Shown here one piece after another: positions 1 through 13,624 of a stretch of 64,000 nucleotides of DNA. The position numbers and the translations under genes were made by a program. The stretch comes from Chiloscyllium plagiosum. Lineage: Eukaryota. Position 1 is the stretch's first letter. Each line of letters starts with the position of its first letter. The stretch spans positions 551,340-615,339 of the forward strand of contig NC_057750.1 of NCBI RefSeq assembly GCF_004010195.1, written 5' to 3'. The notes beneath the pieces were generated by a model. The model was not told the DNA's origin. It made no database searches and saw only the letters and a program-made list of their open reading frames with translations.

Positions 1-256
1 CTGTCTACCCTGATCTACCCTGATCTACCCTGTCTACCCCGTGTACCCCGTCTACCCTGATCTACCCTGTCTCCCCTGATCTACCTTGTCTACATTGATC
101 TACCCTGTCTACCCTGATCTACCCTATCTACCCCATCTACCCTGATCTACACTGTCTACCCTGTCCACTCTGATCTACCCTGTCTATTCTGTCTACCCTG
201 ATCTACCCTGTCTACCCTGATCTACCCTGATCTACCCTGTCTACCTGTCTACCCTA

Positions 257-347
257 AAAATGTGTTGCTGGAAAAGCACAGCAGGTCAGGCAGCATCCAA
301 GGAGCAGGAGAATCGACGTTTCGGGCATGAGCCCTTCTTCAGGAATG
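257..347 (-). mobile_element. Penelope-like element terminal (pLTR) fragment with hammerhead motif
   Basis: Reverse complement is nearly identical to 54090-54180, the 3' end of a GIY-YIG-ending PLE copy. Confidence 0.8.
311..346 (-). ncRNA. Minimal type I hammerhead ribozyme motif (family A)
   Basis: Minus strand reads attc-CTGAAGA-a-GGGC-tcat-GCCC-GAAA-c-GTC-gatt: core boxes, stem II and GUC triplet. Confidence 0.75.
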
Positions 348-1760
348 AATCACCCTGTCTACCCTGATCTACCCTGTCTACCCTACTGTCTACCCTGATC
401 TACCCTATCTACCCTACTGTCTACCCTGATCTACCCTGTCTACCCTGATCCACCCTGTCTACCCTACTGTCTACCCTGATCTACCCTGTTTACCCTGATC
501 CACCCCGTCCACCCTGATCTACCCTGTCTACCCCGTCCACCCTGATCTACCCTGTCTACCCTGTCTACCCTGTCTATCCTACTGTCTACCCTGCAACCTT
601 CTCTCTTTCATTGATTTGATCTCCTTGCACTTCCCTTTTCCCTCTTCTTCAATTCTCACTCCTCAAATCCCCACAGTGTGTCAGCAGGCCATTTGGCCCA
701 TTGAGTCCACACCAACCCTCTGAAGAGCATCCCACGTGGATCCAATGTCACCCTATCCCTGTAACCCTGCATTTCCCAATGCCAATCCACCCTAATGTGC
801 ACATCACAGAGACCACAGACACTGCTCCAATCAATATCCAATGATCATGTTACAAAGTGGCTGCCAGGATCAATCAAACCTGCTGTGATGCTCCTGTAGT
901 TGAACAGCCTGTTAAAACCGACACCTGAAGGAAACCATCATGTGGAGGTGCTTGTGTTGGACTAGGGTGAACAAAGAAGAAGTCACACAACATCAAGTTA
1001 TAGTCCAAAAGGTTTAATTGAAATCACAAGCTTTGTGAGCATTGTTCCTTCACCTGTTGGACTACAACTTGGTGTCATGTGACTTCTGACCTGAAGCAAG
1101 GACATTGGTCATGTTCTCAAGATACCCCACCTCAGCACAAGGCAATGCTGAGCAGGGAGAAACCACAAGGAAGGAAATACCAGAATTGTTGTTTTTTAAC
1201 CTCATTTAATGTACCAGTTGGTTGTTTTTGTTTGTCTGATTGATATTCAAACCTCTGACTGACCTTTGATCTGTTCCAGAACGCCAGGTCAAGCAGACTG
1301 CAGAACACACAATGGAACCAGTGGAACGGACCGATGTTAAACTTTGATACCATCCATTTGCACAGCAGAGACTAACACCGTCAGAATGTTCCTGAGGTAA
1401 CAGCGATGATGTTAGAGAGACTATAACCTGCTTTGCAGCTCAGGACTTTTTAATGTATTTCCTCAGGTATTTCCCTTCCTCGGTCTCCCCTCACTACATT
1501 AGGAGATTGGTGAACCTTTTGTCGCCCTCTGAGCTTCAGATTCTGCCCCCTTTTAATGGCAATTCCTTAACCCCCAACAATTGCAAGGTCAAATCCTGGT
1601 CCATCCCTAACAGCATTGTGGCTGTGCCTACACCACACAGACAGCAGTCACTCAAGAAGGCAGTCAATGGCAATAAATGTCGTCCCTAAACGTTCACATT
1701 TATTTCCCTGAATAGTTTTAAAGAAATTCACTGTAACAATAAGGATGATTGGATTTGCAC

Positions 1761-2352
1761 CGTTATGGACAAGACCAGACCCCATCGAATTGTATTAAGA
1801 ATGTAGCATAGACCCTGACTTATTCTTATTTTAAAGTTAGATGTAAAGTGCTGTGTTCCAAATGCAGTGTGATTGGTCAAACTACTCAATGTTAAGCAAA
1901 ACACAATTTATTTAAATGCAAACAAAAGAAAGAGGAATTTAGAATAACTTAAAAATTTGACAACTTAAGCAAATAATAGATTCAGTAACTATTGCTAATT
2001 AACTGTTCCAATCCAGTAACATCAAATAAATATATCCCTTGGCAAAAAGGAAAATTCAGATGCAGATTCTCACATGCAGTTCTCCAGTCCAGGAGGAAAG
2101 GATCAAGAGAAAGTTCAGAGAGAGTAGCAGCTAAGAGACTTACACTGAAGCTTCTAACTCTGTTAAGACCTCAATAATCTCTGATGTCACTCAGAAATCC
2201 TGATCTGTGGGATGGCCACACCCATTCAGGTCACATTAAAATAAACCCAAGGCCTCCCAAGCAGTTTGCACAAACCAGCTTGAGCTCCGCCTTACAAACT
2301 CTCTTAAAAAAACTAGGGCAAAGTAGCCTTTTAAAGTCACAGCACTGTCACA
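1761..2352 (-). mobile_element. Probable solo LTR (592 bp)
   Basis: Ends cGTTA...TCACA (one change from TG...CA), flanked by GCAC at 1757-1760 and 2353-2356. AATAAA on the minus strand near 1907-1912. Confidence 0.55.
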
Positions 2353-3561
2353 GCACAGTAGTGTAAAATGACATGCCTAAATTGGTATGGTTACTGTCCT
2401 TTCTCAATCACACTCAATTCTGTGGGCACTCAGTTTGTGTTGATGTCCAATCATCTTTAATCCCATCACTGAAAAACCTCCTCATTTAGGATCATTCTCT
2501 GTATCCTTTCCCTGAATCGGACTGCCATTTTATAGCTGATAGATCTGAATTAAATGCCAGGCCCACATATAGTGTACTATATGCTGAGATTAACCTGACC
2601 CATGTCACATAAGACCCTCAAAGAGAGGGAATATGTTTCCTGTCTAATTTTGGGCCGATCTCCACTTCGAACTCCCAGGCGAAGGGAGATAACCCCTTCT
2701 GTGTAATCTCTTGGAAAAGGTTAACCCCATCACATCCATAAAAACATGTGGATCTGTCAATTGCCAATGAGGATTACTGAAAAGAGACCATAAATCGTAC
2801 GAGTCAGTTTCACATGAAGTGTAGTGAATCTGCTCACTGTACAGACAGTTAAACCAGACAGTGGCTTATAATTAGCCTTGATTCAATACTGACACGTTCC
2901 CTTGAAACAACATGGGAAATAGTTTTATGGCTATTTTAACAAAGAAGTTTCAGTTGGGTTTAAGCAGTTATTTTTCATGCAACTCAACTTCAGAGTCTGC
3001 CTTAATTGACTCATTAACCCATGCTTTCTCTAACCTGACGTGAGTTATGACATTCTGTTTTACAAGGGAGAAAAATTAATTCTGTCTTTTTTCATTAGCT
3101 TTTGTTCCTCTCACTGGCGCTGTTCATGGTTTTCAGATCATGAGCTTCCTGTTCACTGCAAAGAAAAATGTTCAAGGGTTTCCTGATTAAAATGGCTCTT
3201 CATTTCCAAGTTGGTGCTGGTGGAATCATCAGAGCCATCACAACCTGATGTTGTAATGAACCTGGCCCAAGGGAGAGCTCGGTCTCAGCCAACTCATTGT
3301 GTCTGCTGCAGGGGGCTGTGAGCAGCAATTCACTGACAACAATTCAACTCGCAATCCTGTCTACTAGCTCTCCAGCCCACCCTAGCCCCATCTCCTGGTC
3401 ACTATCCAGTGGACACTGGCAGGGAGACTAGAGGCCTGGTTTGAGTCTGCCTGCCGACTCGCTTGCCCTGGTAGCCTGAATCCAGGATCTTTATCCTTTT
3501 TTTCTCTCATCTCTCTTGCTCATAATTTGCTTTACTCAGTATTTGATCTCTCGCTGTGAGA

Positions 3562-4060
3562 CTCATAGCGTCATACAGTATGGAAACAGACACTTCGGCC
3601 CAACCAGCCCATGTTGACCATTATCTTAAACTAAACTAGTCTCACCTGCCTACTCCTGGCCCATATCCCTCCAAACCTTTCCTACCCATGTACTTATCCA
3701 AATGTCTTTTAAACATTGTAACTGTACTAGCATTTGCCGCTCCCTCTTACAGTCCACACACAAACCACTCTCTGTGTAAACAATTTGCCCCTCATGTCTT
3801 TTTAAAATCTTTCTGCTCTCACCTTAAAAATATGCCCCTGAGTCTTGAAATCCTCCACCCTAGGGCAAAGGTACTTGCCATCCACCTTATCAGTACTCCT
3901 GATGATGTTATAAACCTCTACAAGGTCACCCTTTAACTTCCTACGCTCCGGTGAAAAATGTCACTGCCTAGCCAGACTTTGCTTATAATTCAAACTCTTC
4001 AGTCCCAGTAACATCCTTTTCTGAATCCTCTCGAGTTTAATAATATCCTTGCTATAACTC
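3562..4060 (-). mobile_element. CR1 LINE 3' fragment
   Basis: Reverse complement resembles the CR1 ORF2 C-terminus/3'UTR seen at 63394-63800 and 32272-32710. Confidence 0.8.
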
Positions 4061-4114
4061 TTCATGTGTCAGCAATTGATTGAACTGTAGAAAATAACAA
4101 AGAGTGACTCCATA

Positions 4115-4245
4115 TAAAAAAAGAACTGCAGATGCTGGAAATCTGAAACAGAACAGGAATCGCTGGAGAAACTCAGCAGGTCTGGCAGCATCATTGGAGA
4201 GAAAGTAGAGTTAATGTTTCAGTCCAGTGGCCCCTCTTCAGAAAC
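4115..4245 (-). mobile_element. PLE-type terminal fragment with degenerate hammerhead motif (family D)
   Basis: Minus strand reads gttt-CTGAAGA-ggggccactggact-GAAA-c-ATT-aac, followed by the tgctgccagacctgctgag...tccagcatctgcag block shared with other pLTR copies. Confidence 0.6.
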
Positions 4246-4969
4246 ACCAGAACGACTGTAGGCTCACAAAATCTCCATCTCCAAGATGATGAGTGATGAT
4301 TGAGGCTGATTCATTATTGTTTCCTCTGGCTTGGTGTACTGAGCGTGGAGGTAGCTCACTGGGCTTCCATGAGAATGACAGATTCCCTATGCACAGGGAA
4401 TGGGACCTGTCTCACTTGCTCAATACAACATTAAGCAAGACCTCTCCCTCTCGAATTCCAACCTTGGGATTGCCTCAGAATTTTCAGGAACTAAAGATTA
4501 ATCTTGTCAATATTGCAGTGGGCATGAGCCATGAGATTAGTCCATAAAATGGAGGAGCAAAGTAAGCCATTCAGCCCATCAAGTCTGCTCCACCTATCAG
4601 TGGTAATTCTGATGATCCTCAACTCCACTCTCCTGCCTTTTCCCCATAACCCTTCATTGCCTTCCTGATTAAAAATCTATCTCAGACTTGACTATATTGA
4701 ATGAGTCAGCCTCAACAGCTCTTTGTGGTATTAAAATCTCACAGATTAACTCCCATCGAAGAGAAAAATATCCTCCTTAAATGTGCGATCCCTTATTCTG
4801 AGATGGACCCAGACTCTCTCAGAAGGGGAAACAACTCTTCCACATCGAACACTTAAGTCCCCTAAGAATCTTGTATGTTTTAATTGTAAATAATTGGCAC
4901 ATTAAAATTGATAATATTTCCCATTTTCTTTGATTTTTCTTTAAGTATGAGAAACAGGAAACAGGGTGT

Positions 4970-5152
4970 CCGACTGGTTGATCAGTTTGATTGGTCTGTT
5001 TGAGTAATTAGTCAATTTGACAGTTCATTTCGACTGGTCAATCAGTTTAATTGGCCAAATTGATTGGTCAGTCAGCTTGATTGGTTAGACAGGTTGGTCA
5101 GTTTGATTGGTCAATTTGACAGGTCCATCGGTTTGATTGGCCAGTCAATTGG
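4970..5152. repeat. Degenerate short tandem repeat (GATTGGTCAGTT-like)
   Basis: Repeated tgattggtc / cagtttgattgg units. Confidence 0.7.
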
Positions 5153-5429
5153 AGTCAGAGTCAAAAAGTGTGGCACTCGAAAAACACAGTAGATTAAGGC
5201 AGCATCTGAGAAGCCAGCCTTTCAGGCATAAGCTTTTCATCAGGAATTGTTGGAGTCAGATGTCATGTGATAAATCATCAGGAATATGTTAATGTTGAGT
5301 TGGCCATCCCCAATACTTACAGAGCCTGAGGTATCCATATTGTTTTTTTTTAATCCTGAGATTGTTGGTTTGACCCATGAGCCATCAGGAACCATTTCCT
5401 GATCTTGTTCATTCCTGGATATTCCAAGT

Positions 5430-5702
5430 TTAGATTCGATTTCCTACAGTGTGGAAACAGGCCCTTCGGCCCAATCAGTCCACACCGACCCTCCGAAGAG
5501 TAACCCACCCAGACCCATGCCCTCTGACTAATGCACGGAACACTATGGGCAGTTTAACATAGCCAATTCACCTGACCTGCCCATCTTTTGGATTGTGGGA
5601 GGAAACCCATGCAGACAAGGGGAGAATGGGCAAACTCTACACAGACAGTTGCCCAAGGCGGGAATTGAACCTGGGTCCCTGGTGCTGTGAGGCAGCAGTG
5701 TT
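5430..5702 (-). mobile_element. tRNA-derived SINE (HE1/V-SINE-like)
   Basis: Reverse complement matches the SINE at 30549-30838 and 54383-54673 (cactgctgcctcacagc...gggttcaattcc box B). Confidence 0.85.
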
Positions 5703-6485
5703 AAGTTGTTCATATTGGCACATCTCAGGCTTCAATGAGACGTTCACACCATAAACAGCCCTTCCTGAACCTTCAGACTCGCACAAGCCAAACAGAGAGC
5801 AGCCAAGGAGAAGCAGGAACATGAACAGGACTGAGGGACCGGGGGTTTAGGATGGGCCTGCACAGGCTGGGAGATGTTAATGCCACTGAGAATGCAGTGG
5901 CTTCTCCATGATTGCATTTACTGGAAAGTGCATTTCCATGAATTACAAACAAGGTTATTTTTGCTGCAGATTACAGGCAGTATAATCCTGACGAATCCTG
6001 ATCATAATGATATGATCAAGCAATTAAAATCCAATTATCAGCTAGACTGAAAGGTCAGAATGTAGCCAGTAATATCATTTTTCACAAGCTGTTTTTTTTT
6101 TGCAAATCATGAATGTCATCAGAATATTTTCAATTCTCCAACTGAACAAGTCAGATTAAAACAGAAAGGATGACGTAGGTGAAGGCACATTAATGTTGGA
6201 TGTTGACAAGGCTCAGGATTTGTCCAACCAGATATTCTTCAGTCTACTATTCTGCAGTTAATTAGCAATAAATACTGCATTCACTTCAGCACCCATAAAA
6301 CACATAAAACTCCTTAAAAAGAAAAGTGCAGTTCTTTGAATGACTCCATTAGTAAACTCACTCTGCAGTTTTTCACTCAATTTCTGCTGAATCATTAGAC
6401 TGAGGTTTACAGACAGTGTTAAAGAAGTCACTGTCTGGGGACTAACCAAGTGGCTAGACTATTATTCCAGAGAGGCAAATCAATC

Positions 6486-6625
6486 TTTCGGGTATAAGCC
6501 CTTGCATTCCTGAGGAAGGGTTTATGCCCGAAAGGTCGACTGTCCAGCTTCTCGGATGCTGCTGTGCTTTTCCACAAACAATCTCTCAACTCTGATCTCC
6601 AGAATCTGCGGCCCTCACTATCTCC
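6486..6625 (+). mobile_element. PLE terminal fragment with a short inverted copy of the hammerhead stem II
   Basis: ttcgggtataagccctt (inverted) is followed by attcCTGAGGAagggtttatgcccGAAAgGTC and the ctctgatctccag tail. Confidence 0.65.
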
Positions 6626-6664
6626 TATTATTCCAGAGACCCAAGTTAATTTCACTATATCAGA

Positions 6665-7000
6665 TCAGTGTGGAAACAGGTCTTCACCCCGTCAAGTCCA
6701 TATTGACTCTCTGAGGAGGATCCCCATCCAGACCCCGATCCCTACCCTATCCCAGTCCCCCTGGATTTCCCATGGCTAACCCACCTAGCATATATATCCC
6801 TGGACATTATGGGCAATTTAACATGGCCAATCTACCTTAGCCTGCACATCTCTGGACTGTTGGAGGAAACCGGAGCAAACCCATACAACCACAGGGAGAA
6901 TGTGAAAACTCCACACAAACACTTACCTGAGGCTGGAATTGAATCCAGGTTGCTGGCGCTGTGAGGCAGTAATGCTGACCACTGACCCACCATACTTCCC
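6665..7000 (-). mobile_element. tRNA-derived SINE (HE1/V-SINE-like)
   Basis: Same SINE consensus, reverse orientation. Confidence 0.8.
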
Positions 7001-7345
7001 TAAGATGGTAGAATGTGAATTCAATCTGGAATTAAGGATCTAATGATGATTGTGAATCTATTGTCAGTTATTAGGAAAAAAAGCTACATGGTTCACCAAT
7101 GTCCTTAGGGAAGGAAATCTGCTGTACTTACCAGGTCTAGCAAAGAGCAGTGTGGTTGACTGTTTAACTGCTCCTCTGGGTAATTAGAGTCGACATAGAT
7201 TCAGGGTCACCTAGTGACACCCAGGTCCTGTGAGTAAATAAACAAATTCAGATCGAATTGCTGCTCTTGACCAATAAACCTTATTGAATAGTGATCATAT
7301 GTGATTGCTGGAATGGAGTGAGGGTGGATAAGAATAGAAAAAAAC

Positions 7346-8665
7346 TAAAGTGCACAAACCAGACATCCCACTTAGACCCATGGTATCGCTACCAGGGACA
7401 CCATCACACAAACTGGCTAAAGAACTACAGCAGAAACTGAAACACCTGATCAGCGGATCCAGACACTCTATACAATCAACACAGGAATTCTTGGACATCA
7501 TCAGAAATATACACATAGACAAGGAAGAAACCGTAGTGTCATTCGATGTAACAGGACTGTTCACCTCTATTGACAAAACCCTAGCCAGAGAAACAATAGC
7601 CAACCTGCTGGACATACAGAACAGACAACAGGATGGGGAAACTATCAACAAAGACGGCATACTCAAACTACTGGACCTGTACCTCACAACACACTTCACA
7701 TTCAACAACCAAATATATGAATAAATCAACGGCACACCTATGGGCTCACCCATCTCGGGACTCATAGCAGAAGTGGTAATGCAAAGGTTAGAACAAACAG
7801 TCTTACCACAAATTCAACCCAAACTCTGGGTCAGATACGTTGATGACACCTTTGTTCAAAAGGGCCACAACACACTGCAGTACACCAGAACTGCAAAAAA
7901 AGGAAGAACACCTCTACAATGTATTCGCCAAAAACGGATTCCCGCGCAATTTCATCAACAGATGCCTAAGGGAAAGACAACGGAACGAGGACATGCCGCA
8001 ACCCAAAGGGCTAGCCACACTACCATACATCAAAAACATTTCTGAACTGACAGCCAGACTACTACAACCACTAGGACTCATAACAGCACACAAACCAACA
8101 GCCACTCTCAGACAACAACTCACCAGGACAAAGGACCCAATACCCAGCATGAGCAAAACCAATGTAGTGTACAAAATCCCATGCAAGGACTGCACAAGAC
8201 ACTACATGGGAAAAACAAGAAGACAGCTAACGATCTGTATCCATGAACACCAACTAACCACGAAACGACATGACCAGCTATCCTTAGTAGCCACACACGC
8301 AGATGACAAGCAACATGAGTTCGACTGGGACAACACTACTATTATAGGACAAGCCAAACAGAGAACAGCCAGGGAATTCCTAGAGGCATGGCACTCATCC
8401 ACAGATTCAATCAATAAGCGCATCAACCTGGACCCAATATATCGGCCACTACAACGGACAGCTGGAACTGACAACCGGAAGCGGCAGGTATAAACCACTA
8501 TAAATGCCAGAGGAAAGATCACAGAAGTGCTTCACAGGAGGCTCCCAAGCACTGAGGATGTCACCTAGACAGGGGATGAAACGTCTGCAACACAAATTCC
8601 CAGCTCAGCGAACAGAACCACAACAACAAGCACCTGAGCTACAAATCTTCTCCCAAACTTTGAAT
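7346..8665 (+). mobile_element. Penelope-like retroelement, 5'-truncated and internally deleted: RT + GIY-YIG endonuclease + 3' pLTR
   Basis: ORF motifs KVHKPDIPLRPMVS, SFDVTGLFT, MGSPIS and RYVDD (PLE RT), and VVYKIPCKDCTRHYMGKT...HEH...EFLEAWH (GIY-YIG). A stop at 7722-7724 and a frameshift are present. Confidence 0.93.
8549..8588 (+). ncRNA. Minimal type I hammerhead ribozyme motif (family B) in PLE 3' end
   Basis: gca-CTGAGGA-t-gtcacct-agac-aggggat-GAAA-c-GTC-tgc; stem I gca/tgc pairs. Confidence 0.78.
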
Positions 8666-9477
8666 AGAAAAAAACATCAGAGGAGCAGAAGGAATCCACG
8701 ATTTAATAAGATCACAGCTGATTGTTAACCTCAATTCCACTTTCCTTCTCAAAATTACCCCTGAAGTCAAAAATCTATTGATCACAGCCTTCAATCTACA
8801 CTCAACAACTGAGCATTAACAACCCCCCAGGACGGAGCTTTCCAAGGAATCACAACCTTCTGAGTGAAGGATTCTTTCCTGAGATTAGTTTAAAATGGTC
8901 AAACTCAGGTTCTGGGATGTGTTCTGACTTCTGGAATGTCCAGTGGAGATGAAACAGCATCTAGCTACAACCCCTCTCAGAATCCCGTTAGTTGAAGGTG
9001 GCTACCTCTTCACCATGTAAACCCATGTAAACATCCACTCTCCTCAATCCTCTCATTCTAAGAAACAACTACTGAACTTTCCTGTATAATGTGTGTGTAC
9101 TTCCTTAGGTATGGACCCTGTCTACAATCGGAATTATTCTTCACAGCCATCTATTCACAGATTAGAATGACCAGGCTGAGATTACAAATAGCACTCAACT
9201 GGGATTCTAGAATACACACATAAGATAATATCTAAAATCTGACTCAACATGTAGGTAGGTCAGCTAGCAGGTAGGCCATATTGGATTTGCTGCTAGGCAA
9301 TGAGCCAGGCCAGGTGTTAGATCTCTCAGTGTGGCCACAACTGGATCACCTTTACCATTTCCATGGAGAGGGATAGGAACAGACAGTACTAGAAGGTATT
9401 TAATTGGGGGAGGGGAAATGATACTGCTATTAGACAGGAGCCGTGGAGTATAAATTGTGATCAATCATTCTACAGGA

Positions 9478-11556
9478 AATGCACAACAGAAATGTGGAGG
9501 CAGTTTAAGAAGCACTTGTTGTGAGTATTGGATAACTTTGTCCCATTGAGACAGGCAAGGAATGGAAAGGTGAAGGAGCCTTGGATAACAAGAGAAGAGC
9601 AGCTTCTCACCAAGAGGGAGAAGGAAGCTTACTTAAGATTGAGGAAGCAAGGGTCTGGCATAGCTTTAGAGAATTACAGGGTAGCTAGGAAAGAACTCAA
9701 AAAATGGACTGAGGAGAGCTGGGGATGAGGGGGTGTGGGGGGGGGTGGGGGCACAAAAAAGCCTTGGTGAGAAGGATTAGGGAAAACCCAAAGGCGTTCT
9801 ACACTTACATGAGGAATAAGAAAATGATCAGAGGGAGGGTAGGGCCGATCACGGAATATGGAGGGAACTTGTGCCTGGTATCTGAAGAGGTGGGGAGGCC
9901 CAAACAGTTTTCTGCTTCAGTATTCACTAGAGAGAGGGACCTTGTTGATTGTGGGAACACTGTGGACCAGGTTAATAGGCTTGTACAGATTGGTATTAAG
10001 GAAGTGGATGTGCTGGAAACTCTGGGAAGCATCAAGATAGAAAAGTCCCCAGGGCCAGACCAGATATATCCAAGGTTACCACAGTAAGTGAGGAATGAGA
10101 TTGCTGTGCCTCTGATGATCCTCATTGTCCAAGGGAGTAGTACCGATGATTGGAGGGAGGCAAATGTTGTTCCTCTGTTCAAGAAAGGGAATAGGGAAAT
10201 CCCTGGGAATTACAGGACAGTCAGTCTTACGTCGGTGGTCAGCAAGGTACTGGAAAGTATTCTGAGAGATAGAATTTATGACTATTGAGAAAACATTGTA
10301 AATTTAAAGATAGTCAGCATGGCATTGTGAGGGGCAGGTCATGCCTCACAAGCCTTATTGAGTTCTTTGAGGATGTGAGGAGACAGGTTGATGAAGGTTG
10401 CACAGTGGATGTGGTGGAGATGGATTTCAGTGAGGCATTTGATAAAGTTCCTCATGGCAGGCTCATTCAGAAAGTTAGAAGGTATGGGATACAGGGAAAT
10501 GTGGCTGGCTGGACATAGAATTGGTTGGCCGAAAGAAGGCAGTGAGTGGTAGTGGATGGAAAGTATTCCACCTGAAGGTTGGTGACCAGTGGGGTCCCAC
10601 AGGGATCTGTTCTTGGGCCTCTGCTCTTTGTAGTTTTTATAAATGACTTGGATGAAGAAGTGGAAGGTGGGATTAGCACGTTTGCTGATGGTACAAAGGT
10701 CGCTGGTGTTGTAGATAGTATCGAGGGCTGCTGCAGGCTACAACAAGACATTGTCAAGATGCAGAGCTGGGCTGAGGAGTGGCAAATGGTTCAACCAGGA
10801 TAAATGCAGTGATTCATTTTGGAAGGTCAAATTTGAATGCTCAATACAGAGTTAAAGACAGGATTCTTGTCAGGAGCAGTGGGATCTTGGGATCCTTCAA
10901 GGTTGCCACCCAAGATGATAAGGTTGTTAAGAAGGTGTATGGTGTTTTGGCCTTCATTAACAGGGAGATTGAGCCACGAGGTTTTGCTGCAGTTCTATAA
11001 AACCCTGGATAGACCACACTTGGAATATTGTGTTCAGTTCTGGTTACCTTATTATAGGAAGGATGTAAATGCTTTAGAGACGGTGCACAGGAGAATTACC
11101 AGGATGCTGCCTGGATTGGAGGGCTTGTCTTATGAAGAGAGGTTAAGTGAGCTTGGGCTTTTCACATTGGAAAGAAGAAGGAAGAGAGGTGACTTGATAG
11201 AGGTGTACAAGGTAATGAGAGGCATAGATAGAGTAGATAGCTAGAGGCTTTTCCCCAGGGCAGAAATGGCTGTCAGGAAGGGTCACAATTTTAAGTTGAT
11301 TGGAGGAATGTACGGGGAGATGTCAGAGATAGGTTCTTTACTCAGAGAGTGGTGGGTGAGTGGAAGGCACTGCCAGCAGTGGTAGTAGAGTCAGAGACAT
11401 TCAGGACATTTAAGTGACTGCTGGACAAGCAGATGGACAGCAGTAAATTGAGGGGTGTGTAGGTAAGGTCGATCTTAGATGAAGGTAAATGCTCAACACA
11501 ACATCATGGGCCAAAGGACCTGTACTGTCTGTACTATTTAATGTTCCAAGTTCTAT
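9478..11556 (+). mobile_element. CR1 LINE, 5'-truncated, degenerate ORF2 (RT) and 3'UTR
   Basis: Frameshifted pieces KSPGPDQIYPR, WREANVVPLFKKG, DFSEAFDKVPH, GVPQGSVLGPLLF, FADGTK and RPHLEYCVQFW; ends in tgttc/ttctatg tail repeats. Confidence 0.95.
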
Positions 11557-13624
11557 GACTGTCTTACAAACTATCTCAACCTCATCACAAAAGCTGTCTT
11601 ATTATTAGGGTTGGGAGAGCCTTATTCAGACATCCTTGTTGATCTCAGTTAACTCTCCAAATTCACTGCAATCTGAGTTACAGACTGACAAACACTAGGA
11701 CATAGGTAGACATCCTTCAGACTCGATTCACAAACTTCTACAGCCAATAGAGTGAGAGCTTCCACCCCACTGGATTCAAACAAGGGATGAAAAGTAAGTC
11801 TCAATCCAACTCAGTCAATCTGTGACATTCCCAACGTTTACCCAATGGCTGATGTACATGGCAAATCCAATTTATGTCAATCTTTTTGTATGGAGTCAAA
11901 CTCCATATTTGCCTAATTTGTTATTGCCAGGGGATTGTACACTGGACAGAGCCGGCAATTCACATTAACTGTCCCATTTTCCTCTCTTCTAGAAACTTTC
12001 AAGTCATGTTGTACAACCGGATTGGACAAACTGACTTCTAATCAAGATTAATGAAAACCACTTTTCCCACCCTGGTTCTTCCTATTCCCTTGCCAAATCT
12101 TCAACTTATTCCATCCCATCTCAGTTTGATGTGCACTCTTTAAAGGAACTGGACCCTTCATACACAAGTACCATGGGCAGAAACCGTACTGAATTGGATT
12201 AGTGCTTTAAACCATTGCAATGTTTTGGCTGTATCCAATACCTGTAGCAGCACCAACAATGTCTAAAGGGAATCCTTAACTATATTTCTTAGTATGGAAA
12301 TCATCTTTTACATTAACACATTGATGGACTGGGCAGAAATGGTAAGTTTGTTTTTTTTTAATTGATAATAGCTTCTGCTTTCTGACAACGTCACCTCTCT
12401 TCTCTACTGTCCATTTTCAATCAGTGTCCTTGCCCTCTATGGGTTTCAGGGTATCCCACTCTGTCACTCAGCCACAACCTGGCCTTGCACTTACCTTGGA
12501 TGACCTCAGCCAATGGTTGTCTAGAGCTGAAAGCCGGGGCTTTTCAAGGGGCAGAGCTCAGGACAGCTCTTTCCCATTTGGGGAAACACGCAGCATGTGA
12601 TGACTACTTTGAGGAACACGTGACAATAAATGCAAGGCCATCCTATCCCATGGCAATTTGAAGTGGCTAGAAGATAATCTCTATCATCCTAGCTCTGGTA
12701 AAGCTAATCTACCATGTTTTGATTGGATATGTGTGATGGCTGATGTCTCCATAACAATTAATCATTGGCAGGAAAACAAGAAAGTATTTTTGTAACAGTA
12801 CATGGAACTTGGCACAAATTATTGGGGGAGGGAGTGGAGGGGGCATGGGGATGTAGAGGGGGTGGGAGATTGGGGGAAGGGCCATGGGGGAAGGGGGTGT
12901 GGTGAGGTGAGAAACAACGAAAGAAGCAAAGTTCCAAATCCAAAAATGGTGCCATTTGCAATCTTAGTCGGCAGCTCAACTAAATTGAAGGGCATGTCGA
13001 TGGAGGGTTTGGATGTTGTAAAGTGTTCCTGTAGCGCCTTCTCCATCCCCACAAGTCGGTGTGTACAGACAGTGAGCAGTCTCTAGGAAATGCCCATGTA
13101 TTGTGCATTATCACCATCTGTAGAACCATTCCACCGATGCTGCCCAGGAACATGGTCAGACTGAGATGAGGAGGCGGGACACTGCTCGCTTTCTTTGTCT
13201 TCTGTGAACCCTAGAACATTCCGGCAGTCAGGAATCCAATCGTTGACCAATTGAACAACACAAGAAAATAAATATTTAACCTCCACTCTATAATCAGTAT
13301 TCACAACACAGTGCGTGCAGCTCCTCAGACAGTACAATACCCCTAGATAATGGAGCTTTTTTAACGATGGATACAACCCCTCTGCTAATTCAGTTAAAGT
13401 AGTTAGATAACAAGTGAAGCAAATGTTGGTCTCTAGGTTCCAAACTCGTCCTTCAGGATGATGTGACTGACACTAAGTATAACATCATGGGCAAATCTCC
13501 ATCCAATTTTCAGTGGATGTGGACTCAGAGGGGAACAGTATTCCTCGTTCAGGACAAATGGTCTTTAAACTGGCTACAGCCTGAATGCAGTAAGACATGG
13601 AACAGTGCAATAAAGATCTCTCAA

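Larger units (their letters stand above)
1..595. repeat. Tandem repeat of 9-10 bp units (CTACCCTGT / CTACCCTGAT), interrupted by a PLE fragment
   Basis: Units directly visible throughout 1-256 and 351-595. Confidence 0.95.

Noticed and set aside
11560..12310. Possible ancient env/fusion-protein remnant on the minus strand (LDIVGAATGIG; also YLLVLSVPIP at 9264-9464)
   Set aside because: Only short hydrophobic words amid many stops; not supportable without a frameshift-aware profile search.
12819..13376. Possible host exons on the minus strand
   Set aside because: Translations are unrecognisable and no consistent donor/acceptor pair was found.
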